From a virus (taxonomy: Duplodnaviria > Caudoviricetes), in the IMG/VR virus record IMGVR_UViG_3300020045_008445, positions 1 through 54,665 of that record: 54,665 nucleotides of DNA. The stretch is one strand, 5' to 3'. The notes under the pieces are model-generated. The model had not been told where the DNA came from and did no database searches. It saw only the letters and a list, made by a program, of their open reading frames with translations. The position numbers and the translations under genes were made by a program. Position 1 is the stretch's first letter, and the number at the start of each line of letters is the position of its first letter. Below are positions 10,964 through 19,134 of the stretch, piece by piece.

Positions 10964-11409
10964 ATATCAAGTTCTTTGCGTATGTATTCTAAAAAGAAAG
11001 GCAATAGTTTTTCATCTATTACCTTTTGTAAATTTTCATCTGTAAGCCCGAAAAGTTCATCAGATAGCCATGCATCGCTTTTTAATATCACAGAGGTTTT
11101 AGGGTCGCTGGAATTGAACCGCAATACACCTGAAACTTCCTGCATATAGAATGCTTTTAACCAGTTGCCTGTATCTTTACCTGTAAACGGATCACCTGCT
11201 TTTTTACGGCCTCCTGTAATTAGGTCGGTAGCTTGCGAGTAGAATCCAATGGCTTTCCCGTAAATGTCCTGGCTGTCCTTTTCTATCTGATCCCGGTTAA
11301 GGTCAACGATATATTTTTCAATGCTGCGTATGTACCTGAATATATCTTTAGATACCTTGTTGTGGTTTAGCTTTTTCGCTTTCTGTAGCTGCTGGTATAG
11401 TGTTGCCAT
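10960..11409 (-). CDS. Putative tail completion/morphogenesis protein
   Basis: Position in tail module; DTG..L motif typical of virion morphogenesis proteins. Confidence 0.45.
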   Translation of the reverse strand: MATLYQQLQKAKKLNHNKVSKDIFRYIRSIEKYIVDLNRDQIEKDSQDIYGKAIGFYSQATDLITGGRKKAGDPFTGKDTGNWLKAFYMQEVSGVLRFNSSDPKTSVILKSDAWLSDELFGLTDENLQKVIDEKLLPFFLEYIRKELDI

Positions 11410-11569
11410 TTGCTGTAGCGATTTTGTGGGCTTTTTTCAATTCAGCTTCGCGTTCTTTTTCGGGAATGTTATTAAAAACATGGGTGTTTTCAAATTCCTC
11501 TTTAAACTCTTTTAGAGACTTATTGTAGTCATCCGGAAATGTGATTCCTTTATATGATTTTGGCTTCAT
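11348..11569 (-). CDS. Small hypothetical protein (tail module)
   Basis: Likely ATG at 11569, downstream of terminator. Confidence 0.55.
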   Translation of the reverse strand: MKPKSYKGITFPDDYNKSLKEFKEEFENTHVFNNIPEKEREAELKKAHKIATANGNTIPAATESEKAKPQQGI

Positions 11570-11584
11570 GATAAATTTTGTATT

Positions 11585-11616
11585 AAAAAACCCCACCCGG
11601 TTAATGGCTGGGGTTT
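11585..11616 (-). terminator. Intrinsic terminator after major tail protein gene
   Basis: aaaccccagcc/ggtggggtttttt hairpin plus U-tract on minus strand. Confidence 0.6.
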
Positions 11617-11651
11617 GTATTTTATATTGGATTGCAAGCGTAAATTAATTG

Positions 11652-12536
11652 TTACGGCGTAACAGTTATTACAAGTGGCTCAGGGCTTTCGTAGCTCATA
11701 TCAACCACGGTTACAACGCCATTTAGGGATACGGTAAATCCAGTCGCAAAACCGGTACCGGTAACCTGGTAAACACCATTAGGGTCAGCCTCTACAAATG
11801 TTGTTGTTACAAGTGCGCCTGCAAGGTTTCTAACCTCTACGTTAGCAGCAACAAACGTATCAATCAGCTCATCACCACCAGCGCAACCTGCAGTCGCGGT
11901 AAAGCGTATAATGCTTGATGTGGCAGATACTTCCGCAAGTGTAATATCGAATATGCCGTAGATATCAGCACCGCCCCAGCCATCAGGGCGAAGCTGTGCG
12001 CCATTGTTCTTGTACTCAGAAGGGTTTGTGTAGTTTACAGTTACAACAACCGACTGCGGCGTGCCTGATACAGCATCAAGCAGTTCGCCTACTTCAATGC
12101 GTGCGTTCTGGCCTTTGATGCCGTTGTCAGAAGTTGAAACAGCCTTAATCGCGCCGTCTTCTGTAAATTCAAACACCTGTCCCTCCTTTTTGTTGTAAGA
12201 GTTCAATGCTGAGTATGAGCAAAGCCCAATGATACTTCTGAATGTTCTCACCTTCTTTGCCGGCGTGGTCTCGTAGCGAGTGTTAAGACCTTCAAAGAAT
12301 GTACCTTCAGTATCAGCAATCGCGTACTCTTCAACATCGTAGAATGGTATCAGGTCTTTAGCCGCAATAGCAGCATTCCACGCATCAAGGCTTTTTGCTT
12401 CTGCAACGGTCTCAAACTTGAACGTTTTATCCGGGGCAAATGCATATTTTGTTGTAACACCTACAAGGCACTGTTCTTTAGCACCTGTATTTTTTGGTTT
12501 TACATTCTTATTGTTACATTCTTGGTATACTGCCAT
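11652..12536 (-). CDS. Major tail (tube) protein with C-terminal Ig-like extension
   Basis: 294 aa, Thr/Gly/Ala-rich, position after neck genes, followed by terminator. Confidence 0.65.
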   Translation of the reverse strand: MAVYQECNNKNVKPKNTGAKEQCLVGVTTKYAFAPDKTFKFETVAEAKSLDAWNAAIAAKDLIPFYDVEEYAIADTEGTFFEGLNTRYETTPAKKVRTFRSIIGLCSYSALNSYNKKEGQVFEFTEDGAIKAVSTSDNGIKGQNARIEVGELLDAVSGTPQSVVVTVNYTNPSEYKNNGAQLRPDGWGGADIYGIFDITLAEVSATSSIIRFTATAGCAGGDELIDTFVAANVEVRNLAGALVTTTFVEADPNGVYQVTGTGFATGFTVSLNGVVTVVDMSYESPEPLVITVTP

Positions 12537-12550
12537 GATTTAGATAGTAT

Positions 12551-13087
12551 TTAGCAATTAGTAGTTAAGTAATTTATAGTTCCTTTTATGGAAAATATAT
12601 GATAAGGATGGAAGTCTGAAAGCTTTATGTGCTTTGTGTCAAAATCTGATAAAACATTTTCCAGTCCCTTTGTGATCGTTAACGGCGAATTATTCGTAAT
12701 GCTGAAAATCTTTAACCTTCTTAAAATGGCCTCAACATGGAGTTGCGCATCTGTATCGGGTCTGTTATTAGCATCCGGATAAAGCTTTTTAAGGTTTACC
12801 ATGAACACGACAGAAACCTCTGCACTAAACTGGTGGCCGGTTGTTGACGTATGCTCATCATCATCAATAAAGAATACCATAGCATTCTTTTTATCATTTC
12901 TCAACACGTCCCTGTACTCCCCTTTACTGATATAAGCCTCAGGCACCACATTGCCTTCTTTAGATGGGTTTTTGTACACACGGCCATAAATATCAGTTTC
13001 GGCCCAGCCCAAATGCTTTTCCAAATGGTTTTGGATGCGCTGTATCTGGTAGTCAATGCCCTTTGGATTTTCTAAAGTGTAGTTCAT
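12551..13087 (-). CDS. Putative neck / tail terminator protein
   Basis: Position between head and major tail genes. Confidence 0.45.
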   Translation of the reverse strand: MNYTLENPKGIDYQIQRIQNHLEKHLGWAETDIYGRVYKNPSKEGNVVPEAYISKGEYRDVLRNDKKNAMVFFIDDDEHTSTTGHQFSAEVSVVFMVNLKKLYPDANNRPDTDAQLHVEAILRRLKIFSITNNSPLTITKGLENVLSDFDTKHIKLSDFHPYHIFSIKGTINYLTTNC

Positions 13088-13089
13088 AT

Positions 13090-13674
13090 TTACCAGAAGT
13101 CATTTATTACCTCGACGGTAATTGATTGTGGGAAAAACACTCTTACAACATTCCTTATAGCATTGTCGCGGTACCAGGTAAGGCCTTTGGCAACTAAAAT
13201 ACCGTTATCGTTGCGGTAACCTTCAAGCTCCAACTTTAAATTCTGTACGGCCATCTTAGTATTACGCTCATCAATGTTTGAACGCCTTGTGGATACATAC
13301 AACTGCAACACGCTTATAGCAACTACATACCCTATAGCATCATCAAATAAGGCTACACGACTGTTTATGCCGTTTGAATAGTCAAAGTCCGGGAGATAAC
13401 ATCTGTTACTGTCAAACACAGATGAAAGCACTGTTAATACGGCCTGTTTACGTATATCAGCAAGTTCAGCGTTCAATGTTTCAGCATCAAGATTGGTATC
13501 ATTAAGCGTTTGTGCGATGTATTCCACATCGATAAGCTTATGAAATGAATTGAAGTGTTTGCCAGAAGTGCCTTCTAAATTATCTGCATCTACCTCTAAG
13601 GTAAAGGTGTCAGATATAGGCTGTTTCCATGCAACTCTTTTTTCAAGTATTGATATGATCTCTTCGCTGTACAT
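13090..13674 (-). CDS. Putative head-tail adaptor
   Basis: Position after capsid genes. Confidence 0.45.
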   Translation of the reverse strand: MYSEEIISILEKRVAWKQPISDTFTLEVDADNLEGTSGKHFNSFHKLIDVEYIAQTLNDTNLDAETLNAELADIRKQAVLTVLSSVFDSNRCYLPDFDYSNGINSRVALFDDAIGYVVAISVLQLYVSTRRSNIDERNTKMAVQNLKLELEGYRNDNGILVAKGLTWYRDNAIRNVVRVFFPQSITVEVINDFW

Positions 13675-13675
13675 A

Positions 13676-14221
13676 TTATTCTGATGCTTCTAATGTTACA
13701 AGCTGTTTATAAACTAAGAAGGCCAATCTTTCAGCATCCAAATGGCTTACGTCATCGCCCGGCTGGTAGCTGTTTGCAGTTTCGCCCGGCTGCAGGTGCT
13801 TTACGGCATCTTTAAATGCTTTAGCTACTGTGTATTTACCGTTAGCACCATCATTAGCAGGCTTAAACGACTTAATGAAAGCCGAAAGGTCTGATTGCGT
13901 GCCCTTGAAGCCAAGTTCAGCAAGAATGCTGAAAGCAGCATTTACACCTTCGCTTTTAGCCTCTTTTGCTGCCGCTTTAGGCTTTTCAGCATCCTTTACC
14001 GCCTGTGGCACCGCTTGGGGTTTAGCCTCAGGAATATTTAAGGTAGCAGTACCGGTAAACTCAGGGTCGTTAAACTGCTCTTCTGTGCCTTGGTAACCCG
14101 CTTCAACAGCCATTTGATAAGCTGATTTTGTAGGCTCTTCAGGTTTGGCAGCGGTATTAGTAGCAGGGGCAGCCGTTGCGGCCGCTCCTGCTTTACTTGT
14201 ATTTCTTACACCTCTTCCCAT
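13676..14221 (-). CDS. Ala/Pro/Lys-rich head-associated protein
   Basis: KSAYQMAVEAGYQGTEEQF motif plus a second degenerate copy; directly after major capsid. Confidence 0.5.
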   Translation of the reverse strand: MGRGVRNTSKAGAAATAAPATNTAAKPEEPTKSAYQMAVEAGYQGTEEQFNDPEFTGTATLNIPEAKPQAVPQAVKDAEKPKAAAKEAKSEGVNAAFSILAELGFKGTQSDLSAFIKSFKPANDGANGKYTVAKAFKDAVKHLQPGETANSYQPGDDVSHLDAERLAFLVYKQLVTLEASE

Positions 14222-14223
14222 GA

Positions 14224-15306
14224 TTATGCCTGTGTTACGGTTGAATCAAGTACATAGATGGCATCTACGCCACCTATAACCGGAGCTACACGGGCAGCTG
14301 CTGCAGTAACCTCTTTAAGAGATGGTGTATTGTTCCTGTATTTAGAAACCAATGTGTACTGGTTTGCTGTTTGGTACTCAACACCTGCAACGGGGTGGTT
14401 CATTTCTGCAAGCTTAGCCCATGCAAGGGTGCCTACATTGGTAGTATTCAGGAATACTATCGAACCTGTTTTCCAAGGCTTAACAGATGTGATGGTTTTA
14501 TCCTTCTGATACCTTATACTTCTGTTTACTTCCTGGAATACAAAACCGTATTTATCCTGTACCGCGGTGTTAAGCGCAGAAAGAGTAGGTACAATAAGGT
14601 TTGTTCCAGCAAAGCCTATAGCATACGCGGCAAGCTCTTTAGCTTCGGTAGAACGAAGTATGCCGTTAAGCGTGGCCCTGTCAAGCATCGCTATAGTTGG
14701 AGAGTTACCGTCTGCATCTGCCTTATCAAGCAATTCCTGCATATCTGTAAAAGGTGTTGAATCAGCATCCGTGAAGGGTATTGTTGATTCAAATTTATTT
14801 GCAGTAGGGTAATTGTAGTTAAGGCGCACGGATGTACCCACATTGTCAGCATCCGGAATTTCGGTTATGCCTGAAGATAAACCTTCAAGGAATATAGCCT
14901 CATTTCTTTCGTCTATACCCCCTATAACTCTCGGTGTATCTGCAAAAAGCTTTTGCAGTATCAAACTTTCATCTGCTCCGGTAGCCACAAGCGTATCCAA
15001 AGCCGTAAGCTGTGTTTCATTAAGGTGTAGTTCCATACCTTGCTTAGGTATTTTACCATCGCTACTTGAAACAGTAGGCCTAGATTTAAGGGGTAGAGAT
15101 GCATCCATAGCTACCACATCGGCAGCTACAAGAAATCCATTAGATGAAATAGATTCCCATTTTCCATCTACAGAAAACTCAGGCGTTAGCATGGTTTTGT
15201 GAAGATAAGTTAGCGCCCTTTTTTCGCCGTTAAGCGTCTCCGTAACCGAAATTACTATGCCGGGAAAATACTTTTTTACCCAGTCAATAAATAATGATTC
15301 TTCCAT
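14224..15306 (-). CDS. Major capsid protein (lambda E-like, HK97 fold)
   Basis: 360 aa after scaffold and decoration genes; AADVVAMDASLPLKSR motif. Confidence 0.82.
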   Translation of the reverse strand: MEESLFIDWVKKYFPGIVISVTETLNGEKRALTYLHKTMLTPEFSVDGKWESISSNGFLVAADVVAMDASLPLKSRPTVSSSDGKIPKQGMELHLNETQLTALDTLVATGADESLILQKLFADTPRVIGGIDERNEAIFLEGLSSGITEIPDADNVGTSVRLNYNYPTANKFESTIPFTDADSTPFTDMQELLDKADADGNSPTIAMLDRATLNGILRSTEAKELAAYAIGFAGTNLIVPTLSALNTAVQDKYGFVFQEVNRSIRYQKDKTITSVKPWKTGSIVFLNTTNVGTLAWAKLAEMNHPVAGVEYQTANQYTLVSKYRNNTPSLKEVTAAAARVAPVIGGVDAIYVLDSTVTQA

Positions 15307-15704
15307 TAGTCTGCTCTTTGGTCGATTAGTGGCATAGCAGTTTTAAAAGCCGCTGCAATTGTAGCGAAGTCATAAGGTGCTGCCACCGGGTTAATAGTTC
15401 CGTTTACTACAATACTGGCCATTGGCAGCGCAGATTCTACAGTAGCCCTTAAAGCTCCCGCATAAGTGTGCCCAGAAGGTAGCGTTGCGTAAGCTGTAGC
15501 ACCACCGTTTACCGGCATTGGCTTGTATTCGCCTGTAGCGGTTTCTTTTATAATGACATGTCCTGCCTGTATCTTGGTTGGTGTGAATCCAGTTACATCG
15601 AGTGTACGGCCTCCGCGAATCTCGGCAAAAACATCTTTCCAGACTATGGAGTCAAATCCATCGCTAAAAATCTTAGCGGCTGAAGTCAAATTAGCATATG
15701 CCAT
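15306..15704 (-). CDS. Head decoration protein
   Basis: 132 aa between scaffold and capsid; GGRTLDV..IQAGHVI..Y.P pattern. Confidence 0.7.
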   Translation of the reverse strand: MAYANLTSAAKIFSDGFDSIVWKDVFAEIRGGRTLDVTGFTPTKIQAGHVIIKETATGEYKPMPVNGGATAYATLPSGHTYAGALRATVESALPMASIVVNGTINPVAAPYDFATIAAAFKTAMPLIDQRAD

Positions 15705-15719
15705 TTTTCTTAGTTTTTG

Positions 15720-16346
15720 TTAATTAGGTACAATGGTTTTTACAACATCTTTAATCACATCAGCATCCGCTTTAGCAGCACTCGTAGTTACAGGAGGCTT
15801 GCCGCCTGTAGGTGTAACATTAGCAATGTGCTGATACGTTTCTGTAAACTCTGTTTCAAGTCCTTTAACCTGGTCTTCAAGTGGAGTTTCCGAATTGACA
15901 TCAGCTCGGTTAATCCATGCTTGTTTAACAGCAGGCGGAAGTGCTTTAAGCGTTTCAGAAGCTTCAAACAATTCGGCGACAGTTTGCCTTTTGGTTTCCG
16001 TTACCTTTCCCGCTTCGATGTTGTTTACCTTTTCAATTAGGGTTTTTGCCCATGCAGGTGCATCGTCCGGGGCGGGTGCCGGCGCAGGTGGATCATTACC
16101 CGGTGGCGTGTCTTTTTTAGCCTTTGCCTCTAAGGTTCGCATCTTATCGTCATCTTTGGCGATATCTTCAAAACTCATAAAGTCATTAGCTGCATCAAGG
16201 ACAGCATCAACGGCATCATCATCTGCATCATCAGCAGGCTTGGTTGCAAGTTTAGCCGCAAGCGCGTCTAACCTCTCTTTAGATAAGTTAGCCTTAGGGT
16301 ATTTAGCCTTAAGTCTTGCCTTAATTTTTTCTGGTGTAACTGCCAT
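15720..16346 (-). CDS. Capsid scaffolding protein
   Basis: Acidic/Pro-rich with PAWAK motif; first gene of head operon. Confidence 0.7.
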   Translation of the reverse strand: MAVTPEKIKARLKAKYPKANLSKERLDALAAKLATKPADDADDDAVDAVLDAANDFMSFEDIAKDDDKMRTLEAKAKKDTPPGNDPPAPAPAPDDAPAWAKTLIEKVNNIEAGKVTETKRQTVAELFEASETLKALPPAVKQAWINRADVNSETPLEDQVKGLETEFTETYQHIANVTPTGGKPPVTTSAAKADADVIKDVVKTIVPN

Positions 16347-16381
16347 TCTGTAAATAGTTTGTGATTAAATACTTTGAATGA

Positions 16382-16389
16382 CAAATATA
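16382..16389 (-). promoter_or_regulatory. -7 promoter element (TATATTTG) for head operon
   Basis: TAnnTTTG ~35 nt upstream of scaffold ATG. Confidence 0.6.
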
Positions 16390-16402
16390 TAAAATAATTC
16401 CG

Positions 16403-16425
16403 TTATTTAGAATGTTTCTAAATAA
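16403..16425. promoter_or_regulatory. Fur-box-like palindrome TTATTTAGAA-TGT-TTCTAAATAA
   Basis: 10-bp perfect inverted repeat between divergent -7 elements (16382-16389 and 16437-16444). Confidence 0.65.
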
Positions 16426-16465
16426 GCTTTTTATAATATATTTGTAGAAATTAAATTATAACATC

Positions 16466-16739
16466 ATGAAAAGATTATTTTTAAGCCTGGCGCTGGTTGC
16501 CTGCATGTGTTTTGCGGTTGAAGTATCTGCAAAAGAGAAGAAGACTGTTATTAAAGAAGTGCCGGAATTGCACGCCATAGCCAGTAACGCACCCTAAGGC
16601 GGCTTTTATCCTGCCTGAGGTGTCAGAATATGAGTGCCTGATATTATCCTTTGAAGAAAGTAAATTATCTGAGGGTATTCAAAAAGAAAATAGCAGATCA
16701 GTTAGCATCCATCTAAAATACAAAAAGCCTGAACTCTAA
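16466..16739 (+). pseudogene. Small secreted moron protein, apparently frameshifted
   Basis: Signal peptide MKRLFLSLALVACMCFAVEVSA; stop at 16595-16597, but a shifted frame stays open to TAA 16737-16739 at the terminator. Confidence 0.5.
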
Positions 16740-16754
16740 ATTCAGGCTTTTTTT
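16722..16754. terminator. Bidirectional intrinsic terminator
   Basis: aaaaagcctgaa-N7-ttcaggcttttttt between convergent genes. Confidence 0.8.
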
Positions 16755-16762
16755 GTGGGGAG

Positions 16763-17176
16763 TTATTCTGATTTAAATAATGCTTCAAATCGTTTTTTCA
16801 TTCCGCTTATTTCATTTAAAATAATATTATGAGGGCTTTCATTACTCATAATTTCTTGAATTTTATATTCCTGCCTTATAGCAATATTAGCTCCTGCAAA
16901 TTCGTACGTCCATATTTTTATTAAAATATAAAAACAGTTATTTTTTGGATTAATCTCAATAGCGAAAAGAAGGTCGCCTTCCAATTGTCTATCAATATAT
17001 TTATATCTCAATAAATCATCATCCCCGACAATAAAGCCTATCCCTATTTTTTTGTCAATAGTTGTGATTAATGGATTTTCATAGATCTCTTTAACACATT
17101 CATCGACGCTTTTATCAATCAAAGCAATGACCTCATTATATTTTTCTTTGCTTAGTACTTTTGGTTTATCTTCCAT
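16763..17176 (-). CDS. Hypothetical protein (moron cassette)
   Basis: 137 aa, AT-rich. Confidence 0.6.
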   Translation of the reverse strand: MEDKPKVLSKEKYNEVIALIDKSVDECVKEIYENPLITTIDKKIGIGFIVGDDDLLRYKYIDRQLEGDLLFAIEINPKNNCFYILIKIWTYEFAGANIAIRQEYKIQEIMSNESPHNIILNEISGMKKRFEALFKSE

Positions 17177-17178
17177 AA

Positions 17179-17475
17179 TTACCTCTCATTATAAATTTCG
17201 TTTGCTCTTTCAATTGCCGCGGCGGTAGCTTCTGCCCTTGTCTTTTTTTATATCAACATTTGCCGGCCATTTACCCAAGACTCAAAATAACAAAAATTAT
17301 TTTCGTTAGCGCTGTCAAAGGTTGGCATTATATCAACGTAAAGTTGCACCGTGTCGAGCCAGTCCAATATCCATCCAATCTGACTATTAAAAGACTGCTG
17401 GTAAAACCGAGGCGGCATATCTTCTTGTTTCCTAAGCCAAATATTAAAATCAAACTCTGCTTTATCTGTTAGCAT
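17179..17475 (-). pseudogene. Phage hypothetical protein with internal in-frame TAA
   Basis: After TAA at 17248-17250 the same frame reads KKTRAEATAAAIERANEIYNER to a stop abutting the next gene. Confidence 0.6.
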
Positions 17476-17758
17476 GGTGGTTTGGTATTTGTTTGTTAAT
17501 CATTAAGCTTGAACCTATTTGTATGCCTCGCTGCATTACTGAATAAGTCCATGATTCAGGACTTATATTTTCCTGAATCTTTATGCCCCGATATTTTAAT
17601 TTGCCTATAGTGATTTCACCTTTAATCTTTGGGTAAGAATATTCTGAAACCGTTTCTAAGAAGAACTCTTCAACTGATTGGCTATGTGCTTTAGATTGTT
17701 CAGCTGAAATTTTATACATATTGTCAACTAAAGCCTGAATCTTTGGGTTATTATTCAT
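17462..17758 (-). CDS. Hypothetical protein
   Basis: 98 aa ORF in operon. Confidence 0.55.
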   Translation of the reverse strand: MNNNPKIQALVDNMYKISAEQSKAHSQSVEEFFLETVSEYSYPKIKGEITIGKLKYRGIKIQENISPESWTYSVMQRGIQIGSSLMINKQIPNHHANR

Positions 17759-17769
17759 GTTGAATTGTT

Positions 17770-18219
17770 TTAAAATTTATGTTCTTCTTTGGGCAGCTTG
17801 CAGGTTGGCGACTTGAAGAAGATGTTACTTCTCATGGCACAACCGCAATCAAGCGTAATGCTTTTTTTTAAAGGAATAGGCTGATTCATTATACCGTCAA
17901 TTCTTTCCTGCTCAACAATGTCTGATGCTTTAGTATCCTGAACAGAATATAACGTCTTAGATAATTTTTCTATATCATCAACATTTAAAGCCTGATTTTT
18001 TATAAAGTCTATTCTGGCTTTAGCATCAAACTCCATAGACTTTACCGCATTCAACTGCTCATAAACATAGATCATTCCCCGGGCCCAGGTTGGCAGGTCT
18101 TTGGATGGCTGTGTTTGATTCTTAACGCTATCAAGTGTCAAACCTACAATCTCAGCAATATCTTTGTTCTTTAGCCCTAAATCTTTCTTTAGCCGCTTCC
18201 AGTTTTCGTGTGTGTACAT
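17770..18219 (-). CDS. HTH (XRE-like) transcriptional regulator
   Basis: LKKDLGLKNKDIAEIVGLTLDSVKN helix-turn-helix; C-terminal CxC..C..H. Confidence 0.7.
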   Translation of the reverse strand: MYTHENWKRLKKDLGLKNKDIAEIVGLTLDSVKNQTQPSKDLPTWARGMIYVYEQLNAVKSMEFDAKARIDFIKNQALNVDDIEKLSKTLYSVQDTKASDIVEQERIDGIMNQPIPLKKSITLDCGCAMRSNIFFKSPTCKLPKEEHKF

Positions 18220-18392
18220 TATTCTGTTCGTTTTACTTCTACAATACCAATATAAATAATATCACCTACACTCATGCTATTTAGGTTTGAAATTTCATTT
18301 TCAGTTAAAGGCTCTACATCCGTTTGTAAGTTTTCATTAAGAAAATCTTCTAAGGTTGTTTCAAAATTATTATCTAATAATATCTTTTTCAT
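18219..18392 (-). CDS. Small acidic protein (57 aa)
   Basis: MKKILLDNNFETT...; TAATG coupling to HTH gene; below ORF-track size cutoff. Confidence 0.6.
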   Translation of the reverse strand: MKKILLDNNFETTLEDFLNENLQTDVEPLTENEISNLNSMSVGDIIYIGIVEVKRTE

Positions 18393-18432
18393 TACTTTTT
18401 ATTATTTAAAGGGCGGCGTTAACCGCCCGTGG

Positions 18433-18690
18433 TTAGTTGAAACTTTTAATATAATCGTAAGCCTGTTTTTTAGCATCGTCAGAAAACATGCCACTCCTAA
18501 AACTTACATATTTTCTACCTGAATGCTTTTTAGTAAAAGGGTTTATAACTTCTAATGTATCGGTGCAGACGTAAACAAAGTAAGTAACACCGCATTGTCT
18601 TGTGTGGCTAAATTGGGCGGTAACTTGTATTCGTTCTACAAACCTTACCGCCTTTACCTTTTTGCAAAAATGCTCCAAACTTAAATTCAT
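18433..18690 (-). CDS. Hypothetical protein
   Basis: TAATG coupling with upstream gene. Confidence 0.55.
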   Translation of the reverse strand: MNLSLEHFCKKVKAVRFVERIQVTAQFSHTRQCGVTYFVYVCTDTLEVINPFTKKHSGRKYVSFRSGMFSDDAKKQAYDYIKSFN

Positions 18691-18932
18691 TACGCTTGTA
18701 CATAGGGTTTCCCATTATAATGCCTTAAACCATCATTAGTAATTAGTAGCCCGAAAACATCTACTTTGCCTATAAGCCTAATCCCGTAAAGCGCAAGGCT
18801 TTCGTTTTCTGCCTTAAACATTACTGCGCCTGCCGAATTGCAAACCGAAAACTGATTAAAGCCCTCATCAAACATTACGTTATACGTAACATTATTTGAA
18901 GCGACACGGGAAGAAACGAAAGATAAAAGCAT
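18690..18932 (-). CDS. Hypothetical protein
   Basis: First ORF after promoter at 18994-19001. Confidence 0.55.
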   Translation of the reverse strand: MLLSFVSSRVASNNVTYNVMFDEGFNQFSVCNSAGAVMFKAENESLALYGIRLIGKVDVFGLLITNDGLRHYNGKPYVQA

Positions 18933-18993
18933 AATAAATAATTTAACCCTGACAGGCGGGCAACCTTTATATTTTGTTGTTGTTATCTGAGTA

Positions 18994-19047
18994 CAAATAT
19001 AGTAATATATATATTACAAAACAACATAAAAGTAATTTATTTATTAC
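18994..19047 (-). promoter_or_regulatory. Promoter (-7 TATATTTG) with two GTAAT-N6-ATTAC operators
   Basis: Palindromes at 19002-19017 and 19032-19047. Confidence 0.65.
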
Positions 19048-19089
19048 TTTATTTTATATCCACCCCGTGCAACATGTAGACCACAAACC

Positions 19090-19116
19090 AAAAAAACCAC
19101 CAGTTAAGAGTGGTTT
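19090..19116 (-). terminator. Terminator after portal gene
   Basis: aaaccac/gtggttt stem with T-tract on minus strand. Confidence 0.55.
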
Positions 19117-19134
19117 AAATATTAAAGTGGAGTA

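Noticed and set aside
11348-11445. Programmed -1 frameshift of tail chaperones at GAAAAAAG
   Set aside because: The downstream ORF (11409) is in the +1 frame and has its own ATG; the heptamer is not an in-frame X XXY YYZ
720-16353. Many plus-strand ORFs in the track overlapping structural genes
   Set aside because: Antisense shadows of long minus-strand genes; only 1640..1867 has its own promoter and a protein-like sequence
17248-17250. Genome-wide stop-codon reassignment
   Set aside because: All large genes are intact in the standard code and TAA is used as a normal stop throughout; this is a single case
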